Shown: piece by piece, positions 38,901 through 52,399 of the stretch | Numbering within the stretch: position 1 is the first letter of the stretch | Layout of the letters: each line of letters starts with the position of its first letter | NCBI RefSeq assembly: GCF_001194135.2 | Contig: NC_068995.1 | Location: 38,015,944-38,079,943, forward strand | DNA length: 64,000 nt | Reading direction: 5' to 3' | From: Octopus bimaculoides | Lineage: Eukaryota | Made by a program: the position numbers and the translations under genes | Notes under the pieces: generated by a model | Databases searched by the model: none | What the model saw: only the letters and a program-made list of their open reading frames with translations | What the model was told of the DNA's origin: nothing

Positions 38901-39934
38901 TCTTGTAACACATTTAGCGTGAAGATTATTCGGGATTTTGACAAACACTGAAGAAGGTGTATTCAAATCATTGATTAGACCACTGATACCTGAAAAACTC
39001 GTTTGACAAAGTAATCGATAAGTAATATTTTATGCTTATAATGAATAAGTGAACTACAACGAATTTATGTAATTTTACTGGTCCAATTGCACTCGAAATA
39101 ATACGTGTCTGAACATTCTATTTAAGATAAGCAATCTTCGATGTAGAGGAAATTGAAAGATCTAAGCTAGAAATAGCTGTATAAAGAATATGTTCTCTTT
39201 TCTCGAGAAAACTATAACATTGCGATGTCTCCATTTCTTACAAGTAACTGAATCGTATTTAAACTATGTATTACTTCCATCTTTTGTGTAACTCTCTAAC
39301 TATGCTCAAATTCACAGAACAAAAAAAAATTCAAACTGACATTGATCAAAGTCAAATAATATAACCTACTTCGTGGGATAAACTATTACATTCACCACAA
39401 AAGATGAAAATATTTCTATGTTTTCTAAAGTATTGTGGAGATGAAACTTTTGATACCTCTGCAACAAACTAATTTGAATAAAACGACAGCTTACTGTCAG
39501 ATTAATGCTCGAAATAAAATTTCTAAGCATGTTATTTTACATGAACAATCTTGCAAGTCAAATATAAATCGAAATATCCGTAAGTATATCCAAGCAACCA
39601 AGAAGTTGATTAACAATATTCTTCTTACTGCTCAAACAAACAAACGACAAAAACAAACCCTAGTTTGAAGTCACAAGACTCAGAGAGATGGAAGCAAATA
39701 TATCACAATATCATCGATACAAATTTTATTGCTCGAACATATAATTTCAAAAGAGACTTAGTGATAAGGGATACAAGTTAAGCATACAAACATACAATGC
39801 CATCGAATTGATGCGAATGAAATTCCAAAGAAGCACCAATTCTCAAATTATTTCACACTAAAAAGCCACACTCCGTTCAAACATTTTGTTCTAGCTTCTG
39901 TGGAGGGATAATTGGGCTTGCCGTCCAAAACATA

Positions 39935-39972
<38 letters not shown>

Positions 39973-40040
39973 NNNNNNNNNNNNNNNNNNNNNNNNNNNN
40001 NNNNNNNNNNNNNNNNNNNNNNNNNNNNNNNNNNNNNNNN

Positions 40041-40079
<39 letters not shown>

Positions 40080-40084
40080 TATTT

Positions 40085-40315
40085 GTCTGTATCTGTGTCT
40101 GTACCATCACAATCGCTTGACAACCAATACTAGTGTGTTTATGTCCTCATAACTTAGTGGTTTGGCATAAGTGACTCATGAAATAAGTACTAGGCTTACA
40201 AAAATAATTCTTCGGGTCGATTTCTTCTTCGACTAAAACTCTTAAAACTCTTTCTGGTGGTGCTCTAGCATATCCACAGTCAAATGACTGAAACAAGCAA
40301 AAGTAAAATAAAATA
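40085..40315 (-). mobile_element. SINE-like repeat, family C
   Basis: Reverse complement of 8405-8545, plus the cgcttgacaacc...(CA)n tail. Confidence 0.75.
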
Positions 40316-41199
40316 CTATACAAGTAACTTGAACTGACAGATAACAAGCCTCACACTAGCAAACATGGAACACTATTTGATGCAATTAATATTGTGCACG
40401 TGGTTTATAAGCATAAACGCAGAATTACATTTTGCACTTCCATAATACTTATAATTTTCTACTTTCAACAGAATGTGTGTCTTTGGATTCTGTTCTAAAA
40501 ATTTCTAGAAGTTACACTACCACCACAGTGGACAATGGCTAGTTGCAGTCCGAAAGAACTAGGTCATATTAATATTCAACCCTAATGGAATTAGATGTTC
40601 TTTTTTTAAGGGCTAACTGCTATCTCTCTCGATACTCGCTGGTCAAAAGAGCAAAACAAAAATCATATATATAATATTTGTAAGTATCCAATCACTATAT
40701 TTGTTCAACATCTACTTATTTAATTGAGAGAATTTCGGTTTTTATTACATTTTAAAAATTTAGTTAGATGCATTAGTCATATTTGTTGATGCTATGCGTA
40801 TTTTATATATTCAGTTAAATTAATTTTCATATATATCAATGGGGGTACGGTTTATATATATATCAGTGGGGGTATAAATGGGGCTACGATTCACTATGTA
40901 TCACATGCATGGAGTTAGATTATATTCATAACATCCACTTAACTATCACAAATTAGTTAGAAACGAAATAACACACGAGCTAGAGTATAACAGGTAGCAA
41001 TACATTAAGAATGATTAACAAAAATACCAAATAGATAATGCCTAATTATAAATAGGAGCTAAAACAACACATTTTGAACCTAAAATACCTACAATAAGCT
41101 TAAAAGATCACAAACTCAATTTTAACAGTAACCCTACGCACAGAAAGTTATAAAATTTAAAACTGTGGTTTAATACACAGAAAGTAATATATTGGTTTA

Positions 41200-41950
41200 A
41201 TATATTAGACGCAGAAAGAGTAAACAGCACATCCAAAGTAATATAGATAGCTATTATTCATCAATTAACCCTATACTACAAAATAATACTCTCTTGTTGG
41301 CAAAAAATGAATTCTAACCTGACTATAAGCGAAATCAACATGATATTAGCAGCTGGGAAACCCATAATAAAAGTTGATAATAAATATTGGGTTAGGAAGG
41401 ACACAAGTGATAGCTTTGACATTACAATGGTATCTACTGGTGCAGCACAGGTCACAGACATATTGGAAGTATATATATTACTTAATTTAGGTAACGAATT
41501 TCTATAATTCAGGGACTGTCTATATAGGTATGATGCACTTTTTTTTACACTAGATAACCTATCTAATAGGAGATTAGAAATACATAAGAAAAGATTTTAT
41601 AATTTTTTCAAGAATATAGAGCTATCCATCACTATCGACAACGAACACAATTCTGTCAACTTCTAGGACGTTCACGTTAAGTTAGAAATAAGGATATATA
41701 AACCCTAGCATAAGACGAATACAATTTAAAATACATTAGCATAAATACTAATCAACTAAGAAGCATCACATATAGATTAGTTGATAATATATCAAAAAGG
41801 ATTCCGGATCTCATGACAAATGAGGATATTTTTAAACAGAATGTGGACTATTAGAACTTAGCACTGTGTAAAGCAGGATATAAGGAAAAATGGACCAAAG
41901 TACTATGGACCAAAGGATAACTCTACTAAGAAGAACTATACTCATAAAAT
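41200..41950 (+). mobile_element. Decayed Penelope-like retroelement RT (copy A, AT-rich)
   Basis: YWVRKDTSDSFDITMVSTGAAQVTDILEVYIL...LYRYDAL (cf. FDVTMGSYDGAE.CELVG.YIL...LYRDD), VNF*DV...YKP, and ISKRI...NEDIF...AL..AGY. Confidence 0.65.
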
Positions 41951-42249
41951 AAGATACAAACAACAATTAAAATACTATGAAAGGAAAAATAAACATGAGC
42001 ATAACAAGATTACAGACGGAATTTTATATAGATTATATACGAATAACAAAAACAAAAAACAACACTAAGAAACGAATAGATGGCATAAATAATCCCAAAA
42101 GACATAACGAGTAAAGAAACAGTGACAAACTAATGGAATTTAAAGATAATAGAATAGAAAGAAGGCTAAAAACAAAACATCAAAATAATGAAAATTATGA
42201 TTACTTAAATAAAAACCTTAATAGGATACGAAATGACAAACGGGTAGAA

Positions 42250-42664
42250 ATCGAGGCCCGAAACGGTAATATTCTTAACACTTCTGTCAAATATCGCATC
42301 TCATGTATAAACTCAATCTTCATCTTCAACTCTGAAATCTCCACTTCTGAATTTTGCAAACCATCTCCTGCAAGTTCTTTCACTAAGTGTATGTTTCGAA
42401 TCGCTTCGGCTGCAGAGTTACCTTTTTTGTACTCATAAATCATTATATGCCTTAAATGCTCTTTGGATACTTCGATGTTAGAAAGGGTTTTAATTAAAAT
42501 AAATTTTAATTCTATTATTCTGTAAAATAATATTGAATTAGTTTAAATGTACACAAATGCATGAAACTAATTTTTAATTCCATTAGACATTCTAAAATAC
42601 TATTAAATTTCATTTCAATTTTAAAGAAAGTATAATCGGACAGAACTTCTGCAATAACCTGATA
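42250..42664 (-). mobile_element. 5' fragment of a mariner (same TIR family as 35891-36793)
   Basis: Transposase N-terminus SKEHLRHIMIYEYKKGNSAAEAIRNI; TIR cggacagaacttctgcaataacctgata at 42637-42664. Confidence 0.85.
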
Positions 42665-43039
42665 AAAATAGATCCTTGATTCTTTCTGTGTTCACACACT
42701 CCATTTTCTTTATCTTGGTTAGGCGGATGAGATGGATGACCCTTTACTTTGACCCTCAGAAAGTACTGACGGAGACTAAATATTTGGTGCTAAAATCCAG
42801 AAAGTCTCCACTTACGATCAAGCACCTGGGGGCCTTCGACAATGAACTTTTGGACATTATGTAGGAAAGAAGTGCTTATCTACTAAGTTCAGAAAAAAAT
42901 CTTACCAATGCACGTTTTAACACATAAAGAGAAGGCCGCTGTGAACCACACCCCTTTCCAGTGGCGCATTTAAACTTTTTCCAATGTAAACTTGTAGATT
43001 TAGAACTTCTGATAGGACCGTTCTATTCCCTGAGAAGAC

Positions 43040-45230
43040 TAAAAATCTATGTAGAATAAGTAATGACACATATACACAGCTACTTAACAATAACATTACA
43101 CAAACGTAGAATAGGATTAACCCCTCAAGCTTATGATAGCATTAAGCATGAAGTCAGGGATATAGCGATTAAACTAGGCATAGAAGATAGTGTAGAAACA
43201 TTTGCAAAGGAAGAAGCCTTCATTAGAATCAATGGCTATAAACAAAATTTAGCCTCTAACCCCAAATACAAGCTGATAAATCCTGCGAAATCTGATGTCG
43301 GACAGGTGAGCAAACAGTTAGAAACGCTTCTGACCTAACGCTATGGAGTAACACTTACGAATTCATTACATGGTTTAAACCAACAGTGGAAGGAGTCGAG
43401 CTAGGTTTTTCGAATTTGATATAGTGGACTTTTACACGTCTATATCGAGGGAGCTCTTTTTAAGGAACTGGACTTCGCTAGAAACTACACTGAAGTCAGT
43501 GACGAGGACATCAACATTGTCATGCACGCCAGAGGAATACTACTCTTCAGCAAGGGGTTTGCCTGGGCCAGACGAGTTGACCTAAAAGGATCCTACGACG
43601 TGTCAGAGGTCGTCTTTGACAGTGCTGATTTATGTAATCTCGTTGGTTTCATCATCCTACAGTACGCAAAAAGAAATTCGTATAAACAAGTTTTGGTCTT
43701 TACAGGGATGTCTCTTTAGGAAGCCAAGCGAGAAGCTAACATACAATGATACAGCTTCCTGTCATCCAGCCGTATTTTTAAAGAACCTGGTGAAGAGCGT
43801 CGGCTGAAGAATCTCAAGGTTTTCTTCAGGCAAAGAGATTTTTGATATTGCTGCCCCGTACCACAACCTGGCCCTGGCTGTCAGTAATTTCGAAGTTAGA
43901 ATTAGATACATCCCGACCTTTAACCCTCTAAGAGAAACCACCACCGGAAAGTGATGTGGTTCACACCGTTATTTTTTATGTGTTAAAACGTGAGTAGGTA
44001 AAATTCTTCTTAAATTAGTAGATAAGCACTACTCTTGTACGATTAGGTTCAACAAAATTTTCAATAGGAACACGCTGAGAAGTTCCATTGGTTGTGCACC
44101 CAGTGTAAAAAAGATTTTAGTTGCTACGCTGGCGGCTGAGAGAGAGGCAAGATCTTCATGTAGGGGTAAGACAGCATGCCCAGTGAACCGCCACTATAAC
44201 ACGGAGACAATCGCATACGAGGTAGAGCTAACAGCTACAGGACCAAATGGGCAATCAGTCTTGCGAAAGTGAGAGTAATTGAAGTCCCTTTCAAAACCTG
44301 CTATAACAACCGCAAGCCCCCTTTCAGCATCCAGGAGAGACGCAACACGAAAACACTGGCGAAGCATGTTTAGTCTTTGAAAGAAAGCACCACCGAGTAC
44401 AGCATAAATTGAAAGATCCCAGAGAAATGTAAACCGTACTTCAACAACAGCAGGAATTGCAAGTTTTGCTTGGTTGAGAAAAGAGCGATTTTAAAGAGCA
44501 TCCAGCAACCAGGAATTTACCTAGATAGCAGAAGTGAAAGTTTTAATTCTTGCCCATATAAAAGGAAGTACATCCTATCCACCTGCGTGCCCCATCATAG
44601 CTATATTTTCCAGTCTCCCAACTTCAACCCTCCACTAGTCCAGCAGAGTTTGACCAAAGTATACACTAACGCACCCACCGACAAACACGCACACCCCAAC
44701 ACCTGCCCAATAAACTGTTTTCCACTCCACCCCAATATAAACTCCCACATACATTGTATCCCTACACACCACATGCACACACAAAGGCCCCACGAACTTA
44801 AACAATACATGAAAGAAGACACTGACGAATTTTAACGATGTGTATGCCCACATATCCTGCAGGAGTTATACATATAGTACCACTACGCAAATTCCAATTC
44901 CACAAGAACACTAACCTTAAGGACGCACACATTTCCTACAATCAGTTCCAGATAACTCTTACCAAATTAGAACATAACAACCACAGTGGCGATGTTTTAG
45001 TACCAAGGGACATAACTCTTAATTAAATACTCTGCTCGATTCGTTTCGTCTTTTCTTTCTCAGCAACCGTCAACCGGGTGTATCTATTCACCTCCATCAA
45101 TAGAGTGCTACCTGTGAGGAGCGTTCCAGATCGGCTACCTCTGATGAGCGCAGGGGTTACATAATCGGATAGTCGCTTAACACTCCGTTGAATCCTTAGC
45201 GGGAAAATGATAGGTAAGATCGGTCATAAT
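43040..45230 (+). mobile_element. Penelope-like retroelement (copy B): RT + GIY-YIG endonuclease remnants, CA-rich 3' region, hammerhead-like end
   Basis: KYKLINPAKSDVG, FDIVDFYTSIS, DINIVMHAR, WFTP...VKT*VGKI.LKLVDKH, CPV...IAYE, FKTCYNN, YFNNSRNCKFCLVEK...SRSE.FNSCPYKRKY; many stops and frameshifts. Confidence 0.8.
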
Positions 45231-45259
45231 AAATAAATAATATTGTACATTTCGGAGGA

Positions 45260-45293
<34 letters not shown>

Positions 45294-45659
45294 NNNNNNN
45301 NNNNNNNNNNNNNNNNNNNNNNNNNNNNNNNNNNNNNNNNNNNNNNNNNNNNNNNNNNNNNNNNNNNNNNNNNNNNNNNNNNNNNNNNNNNNNNNNNNNN
45401 NNNNNNNNNNNNNNNNNNNNNNNNNNNNNNNNNNNNNNNNNNNNNNNNNNNNNNNNNNNNNNNNNNNNNNNNNNNNNNNNNNNNNNNNNNNNNNNNNNNN
45501 NNNNNNNNNNNNNNNNNNNNNNNNNNNNNNNNNNNNNNNNNNNNNNNNNNNNNNNNNNNNNNNNNNNNNNNNNNNNNNNNNNNNNNNNNNNNNNNNNNNN
45601 NNNNNNNNNNNNNNNNNNNNNNNNNNNNNNNNNNNNNNNNNNNNNNNNNNNNNNNNNNN

Positions 45660-45713
<54 letters not shown>

Positions 45714-47100
45714 ACGGCTGGAAACTCTCCCAACCGTATTCTTTCTATGTTCACATCCATCGAGATCGATTTTGCTTTTTATCCCTCCCAAGGAAATAAA
45801 CTAATGTTTAACTCAATGTATGGGCTCGATCTAATTCTTCTGGGCGACTGACAGGCTTGTGCCTAATTTGGGAGCAATTCTTATAATTACATCGTATCGG
45901 CTTCGTAAGCTGTAATAGAAACGTGAACGCCTCTAAAACACATTTTATAGCAGCATCAAGCTTTTGCTTTAAGTTACGTCGCGGATATTAATTCTTTTGT
46001 CTCAGATCATTTCCCTTTTCCACCTCGAACCCGCTTTGAATTCTCTTCTAAACTATGTCTGATCTAATACAATATTCTGAACTTCCTTGTATGCGAAATA
46101 ATCCTACCTTAGTGCTTTCATGCAAAGCATCCAAATACATCTACACATTTTACTGACAACTCGTTACAAATGTTTCTATTTCATTTTATTTCCTCTCTGA
46201 TACTTCAAGGAAGCTAACTTATGGACTTACAATTTGTACATTAACTAATCAGGGTAGATAATCTATTGTACATCTGTGGTAGCTGTGACAGCAAAACATA
46301 CGATATATAATACCCCTCTAATCGTGATTTTATTTTGTATCTTGGGAGCGTCATTATGAAAACATGCGTTCATTTTTTTTATCATTGTTTGTCCAGTTGC
46401 AAAACCGATTAACCAATTAATTAAGCTGATAAATCCCCAGTCAATCAAACAAGCTAATTGATTGCTTGATCGAAGGATTCATCAAGCAATCTATCAAATT
46501 GTAAAATAGTTAAGCAATTGTGAAATTAAAAATAAAGTAATGGGTGCGTTAATTATGGCCATAATGGCGCCTTCTCAAGATACAATCAAATCCGTTTCAG
46601 CACACAAGTTCTCGTCAAGATTCTTGCAAACCAAATACAAAATGAAATATTCTACTTGACATTTCCCTCAATATTCATCAATCTTGTGTTATTTTGATAA
46701 TTTTTGAACGCGCTTTTCTTATAATTTTTTTTTGTATATTTGTTTTTCAAAATCTGTGTATCTAAACAACAAAGTATTTCTGGAAAACTCGATATCGTAA
46801 TATGATGCTAGAGTTACTGCTTCGTTCTCAATTTTCATGAACTGTAAAATGTTGGGGACATTGGGATTCTTCTTCTCTATAGGCTACACAAAAATTGGTT
46901 TATAGGAGCATTTTATATTAACATTTTCAAGTAGCATAATAAAATGGTGTCATTTTGAAACACGACATGTTGAAATAGGAGAAGTGTAGATATTATTATC
47001 GGTTGTACATATACTAAAATATGAATTATGTAGAGAATATCATCTCCCCTGCGCAAGCGTGGCACACCAATTCGTAAAGCGTTTCATATTTTTTCACATA

Positions 47101-47235
47101 GGCACAGGCATGACTGTGTAGTAAGAAGTTTGCATAGCAACCACGTGTTTCCGGGTTCAGTTCCACTGCGTGGTAAATTTAGCAATGTGCATACCACTAC
47201 AGCCTCGGACTAACTAAAACATTGTGGGTATTTGG
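47101..47235 (+). mobile_element. tRNA-derived SINE, family A
   Basis: ggcacaggcatgactgtgtagtaagaagtttgc...ccgggttcagttccactgcgtgg. Confidence 0.75.
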
Positions 47236-47282
47236 GTTTAAAGCGACATATCCTGGCGGTAACCGTGTTTCCTTTCAAGTCG

Positions 47283-47358
47283 GTTTCATATGCCTACCCA
47301 ATCTAACAATAAGTTGCGAGGTTTCATATGCCTACCCAAGCTAACAATACGTTGCAAG
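47283..47358. repeat. 38-bp tandem duplication (3 mismatches)
   Basis: gtttcatatgcctacccaatctaacaataagttgcgag / gtttcatatgcctacccaagctaacaatacgttgcaag. Confidence 0.9.
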
Positions 47359-49227
47359 GTAAATTTTCGTGCTGAGTAAACCTGAGTTTCCTGTTCATGA
47401 CTACATATGTTCCGTAGAATAGATAATAGTACTAACAGTGATTAGGAGAACGGAGATTTTTCACTTTCATAATTTTATTTAACCGTTATTTCTAGCATAT
47501 TCAGCACTGAAGCGCCTGCACACTGTAGGATATGCAACCTAGCTTCATGGCCGATGCAGTTTCATCTGAGTCCGCACTTTCTGCTGCTTTGAAGCAAAAC
47601 TGAATAAAGCAACAAAGTGAGTGAATAAAGTATTAAGTGTGAGGTAGGGGTACTACTATCATGAGAATTCCTGAGCTAGTGTTCATCTCTACTGCATGTA
47701 GTTTTCGCGTCACCTATGATTCGGTCTTAAATGGAAATGACTTGAATTGATAAACAGACATTCCAACAGTTAGATGTGATTGTTTTTTGGAGATGGGTTG
47801 TTTTACTGTTCCAGCCATATTAATTACTGGTACACATTGCAGTTCTCTTGAAGCCACATGACATCAGCTTATTGTGTAAAGCAGGAAAAAGTGATCCTTA
47901 ATATTCGTGGAAATATTATAGAAATAAACAGAGAGGGAAGGAAGTAATGAAAACTGTGTAGGCTTGGATAGTTCATTAACATCAATCTTAGCATTGTTAA
48001 TTTCGAGATATTTACATTAAACCCAGATACATTCCTCTCTTACTTAAAACTTGACGAGAAGCCATTATATATCATTGAATATTAAGATATGGTTATTCTG
48101 TTTGTCTACTGCATACACGTATGAATTATATAGTAGGAATTAACACCCTCCCTTTACAACTATTTACAGTTTGTATCACATGAAGTTTATGTTCTAATCG
48201 AAAAACCGGAGTTTCATGCATTTAAATGCATATATATGCGGAATATAGCTTCTAGTTTATCGAGATGGTTGAATATATACATAATATCGAACCACTAGCA
48301 TTTTGCAAAGTCTTCTAATTGTGGGAAATTTAAAACTGTTTCTTTCTACTTTCTATATGTGTTTTATTATAGAATATTATAAAGTCACAAAGTGTTTGTT
48401 ATTATATGTTTATTATATTTCAAATAAACTCATTTAAATCGACAGCAGATACTCCTTGAATAATGTTTTGCCGCGGGAACGTGTCAGGAATAAAGAATCA
48501 TGATATTTCTAGCTCAAAGTTTTTTCATAATTAATGCTTACTTTTCGTAAAAAATTCTGGAAGCAGTTCATACAATTTAATCTCAACTCATAACCGAATT
48601 CTGTCAAAGGTAAATTCCATCGCAGTTATTTCAATAACATAAACGTTAACACAAGACTGAGACTGATTCAATTCATCAACTTGAAGAGATCAATTGTAGA
48701 TACAAATATCGACAAATTATAAACGAATATATTGCTATTACAACTACGTAATTTATTGCAATTTCAGATAGTACATAATAAATTAAATCTGTACAAGATA
48801 TTAAACGTAAGAACACAAATAGGTCATGGAGTTATTGATGGATGGTGAAGAGGCAAACGTAAATATAACTAAAGAAAAAGTCTTTCCTTTTTCGATCAAT
48901 ATGCTTAATTATTGGCTATACTCGCTCTCACTCATTCTCCATATATGCATGTATGTGCGTGTGTGTGTGAGTGTGTTGTGTATGTTTGTGTACGTATATA
49001 TATATATATATATATATATATANNNNNNNNNNNNNNNNNNNNNNNNNNNNNNNNNNNNNNNNNNNNNNNNNNNNNNNNNNNNNNNNNNNNNNNNNNNNNN
49101 NNNNNNNNNNNNNNNNNNNNNNNNNNNNNNNNNNNNNNNNNNNNNNNNNNNNNNNNNNNNNNNNNNNNNNNNNNNNNNNNNNNNNNNNNNNNNNNNNNNN
49201 NNNNNNNNNNNNNNNNNNNNNNNNNNN

Positions 49228-49274
<47 letters not shown>

Positions 49275-49489
49275 CGTATATATGTGTGTGTGAATGTATG
49301 TATAATATAGATGCGTATATATACCTATGTACGTATGTGTATATGTATATATATATATATATTATTATTATTATTATATATATATTATTATATATATTAT
49401 TATTATTATTATTATCATTACTACTAAAGCTGAAAATGTTAGCCTTTAGATCCTAAGCATGGCTAGCGAACACAGCTGTGTTACTTTTG

Positions 49490-50010
49490 TCGATGTGTCG
49501 GAAAAAGATCTGGGGATTTGCATAACGTCTATCAAAATTGGATACGCATAAATCAATATAACTTCTCTTTTCGATTACGCTACTTGAGAGCACTGCTATG
49601 TCTTTAGCTTCATTAGTGCCTGAGTTTATCAAAAACGCCTGCATTTACAGAGACGTAATTACTAAGTTTTAAAATCTGACATAAACTAACTTTGAGGCTT
49701 CGACTTTTACATTGACATAGGAAGGAATTAAATCCAGCTTCTCTCCGAGATGCATTCATGGTTACAATAATTCTAATTATCTACTTACTAATTGAGAGTG
49801 ATCTGGCTTGTGCCACACAGTCTCTTACTTTCGAAGAAGGGTTGATCTATATCATTGGAAAAATTATCATATCTATAGTCAATCTTTCTACTCCTACTAT
49901 GCATGTTGCTGCGTCATTCAGATGCGAAATGAGGTTTCAGAGCTTAGCCAGTTTGCATTCTTAACCGGAAACTTATCAATATTCCCATTGCCATGGAATA
50001 TCAATTCCTT
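49490..50010 (+). mobile_element. Decayed CR1/L2-type LINE RT C-terminal fragment
   Basis: VSEKDLGICITS..NW, ..RRRVDL, and a WN-like terminal motif in shifting frames. Confidence 0.45.
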
Positions 50011-51945
50011 AATTAATTTTTGAGTGTTTGTGTTGAACTTGTGTAGAACTTGAGTGTTTCTGTAGAACTAGGCTAAGATATTTAACATTTTCATGATGAG
50101 ACACATCGTTGTGTCTATATATTTGTAAATGTTGCCCATTACACTTACTTATACGTATTACACTGCGCAGGGGGATGTGCCAGATTCCATAGGTATATCC
50201 ACACTTATCTACATCAGTATTATAATAGCTTGGATTTTGGGAGAAAATCTCATTAGCGGTAAGTTTGGAAATTGTTGATAAAATACTCCCGATAAGGAAT
50301 ACTGCTCCACTACCTTTGTAGTTATTGTTGTCGTATTGTTCGTTTTCACCGTGTTTATGCTGAAGATTTAAGTTAAGTTCTGTTATTTAGAAAGTTAACT
50401 GCATTACAGCTTTTCCCAGCATAATAGTCCTAAGTTCTTAACGAAATTTCTAAGCCCTTTCTTTACTGCCTTTGTTCTCCACTACATTTCCTGAAATGAA
50501 CAGAATATTATCCAGGTATATATACATATATAAACCACGAATATTTCGGGGAACTGCCCTGTAAGTACCTTCGAGATGAGCAGCTTCTGTTGAGTATCTT
50601 GATCCATGATTATTTTAAAGTCATTAGGCTTATTTAATTTTTTTTATAGTCCACTATTTACTTTCGAATTCAATAAGAATTCTCATAGTCGCTGATATAT
50701 TATATAACTGTCTCAATAATTATGAGTCATCTCTTACAGCAAAAATAATAGCTGTTGATGGAAATAAGCGTAATAGATGAGCAATATTTAAAATGTTTGT
50801 TTGCATCCATATAATAGTCTTATTCTTTAAGCTTTAAACTAATTAATTACTTCTAAAGTGTTCGACAATACGTTACGTTCAACACACATTTTCAGTACAA
50901 ACGTAATACTCTCTATTGATATTTTACTTATATTTCCAACATTTGATTTGGTGATTGAAGGGATGGAGTAGGAATTAAAGTAAATAAAAGATTACACACA
51001 AAATCAGGATCATAGTCGTTCATGCTTATGCTTGTTGATTGGACATTCATTTCACCTATTTTGAAAGTAGGAGAATGAATAAATCGAGAATTATCCACAC
51101 CAATCCCAGCATCAAGGAAACTGTTAGTATGAGATTACAAGAGAGAAATATCATTTTATTTACCCTCTCACGTGTGAAAGTTTTGTAGTCTCGTATAATT
51201 CCTATGATATTTTAAAGCTTTATAAAAGAAATTCCCTACTTCCTTTGGTAAGTAACATATTTTCTACTTGACATTACTTGAGATTATTTACTTAACTTGA
51301 ATAAGAGATTATTAGCAAAACAAAAGGCGGGATTGTATGGGTTACTTTAATAACATTTTATCGAGCAGTTAATGAATGAAGAAAACCCCGAAGTTATTTC
51401 TCCACTGATGTGGAAAAGTAGCACAAAATGTTTCCCTCGAGGTATTAATTATAAAGAACAGTATTCAGGAAATCTTCGAAGATCTATTTTTTATATTATG
51501 ACAATTTCATTCTTTCCTCTGGGAGGTAAAGAAACGTTCCAAAGCATATAAATTCCAACAATATTTATTTCGGTTTATTGTAACAGCTATGAAATGAAAT
51601 ACAAAATAATGAAAATCGTAAACTTCATGCGATACAAGCGTACACAATCTAAATTGCCCTAAGTAAGAACATGAGAAAAAGAAATGGATCGGAAGAAAAA
51701 CGTTCTATTAAACTGCAAGATTGTCGAAATGAAATTTAAAATTTAAATACAAAAGTACAATTTTAGCATAGCATGTTCGCAAAATATTGTTTGTTTTGGT
51801 TTTCGCGCCTAATTTTGTGATGAATCTCAAAGACAATGCGCTTAAACAAAACACTTAAAATATTAAAAGAAAATTATGTTGATTTCACTAAACAGCAATT
51901 AAGAATGAAATATTTGTTCTCTTATATAAATGCTCCAATACGGGT

Positions 51946-52020
51946 GCTCGCTCTCTCTCGCTCCCCTCTCTCGCTCCCCTCTCTCGCTCCCCTCTCTCGC
52001 TCCCCTCTCTCCCTCCCTCT
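51946..52020. repeat. 13-bp minisatellite (ctctcgctcccct)n
   Basis: Four to five visible units. Confidence 0.9.
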
Positions 52021-52399
52021 CTCTCTTACTTTCTCTCCCTCTGTCTCTTATTCTCTCTCCCCCATCTCTCTCTTTCTCTCTCACACACAGATATAAATAT
52101 TATATAACATGCGACTTCATACATATATGAGTGTGTGTGTGTGTGTGCCTATATGTGTGTGGGTTAGTGTGTGCATGCGTGCATACATATGTGTGTGAGT
52201 AGGTAGAAAATATTAATGGTGGCATCATGTTACATATCAGTTTGTGCGACCAGTAAAGCTTCTGGGTAATAGTAGGGTGTAATCGCCCTGTACGCGTTAG
52301 GGATTATATGGCTCTCGATTGCTGCCCCAGCTTGACTTGCGGTAGCTTTACCGGGTTAACATCGTATCATTCGTGAAGGAATAGGATACGTCATTTTCC

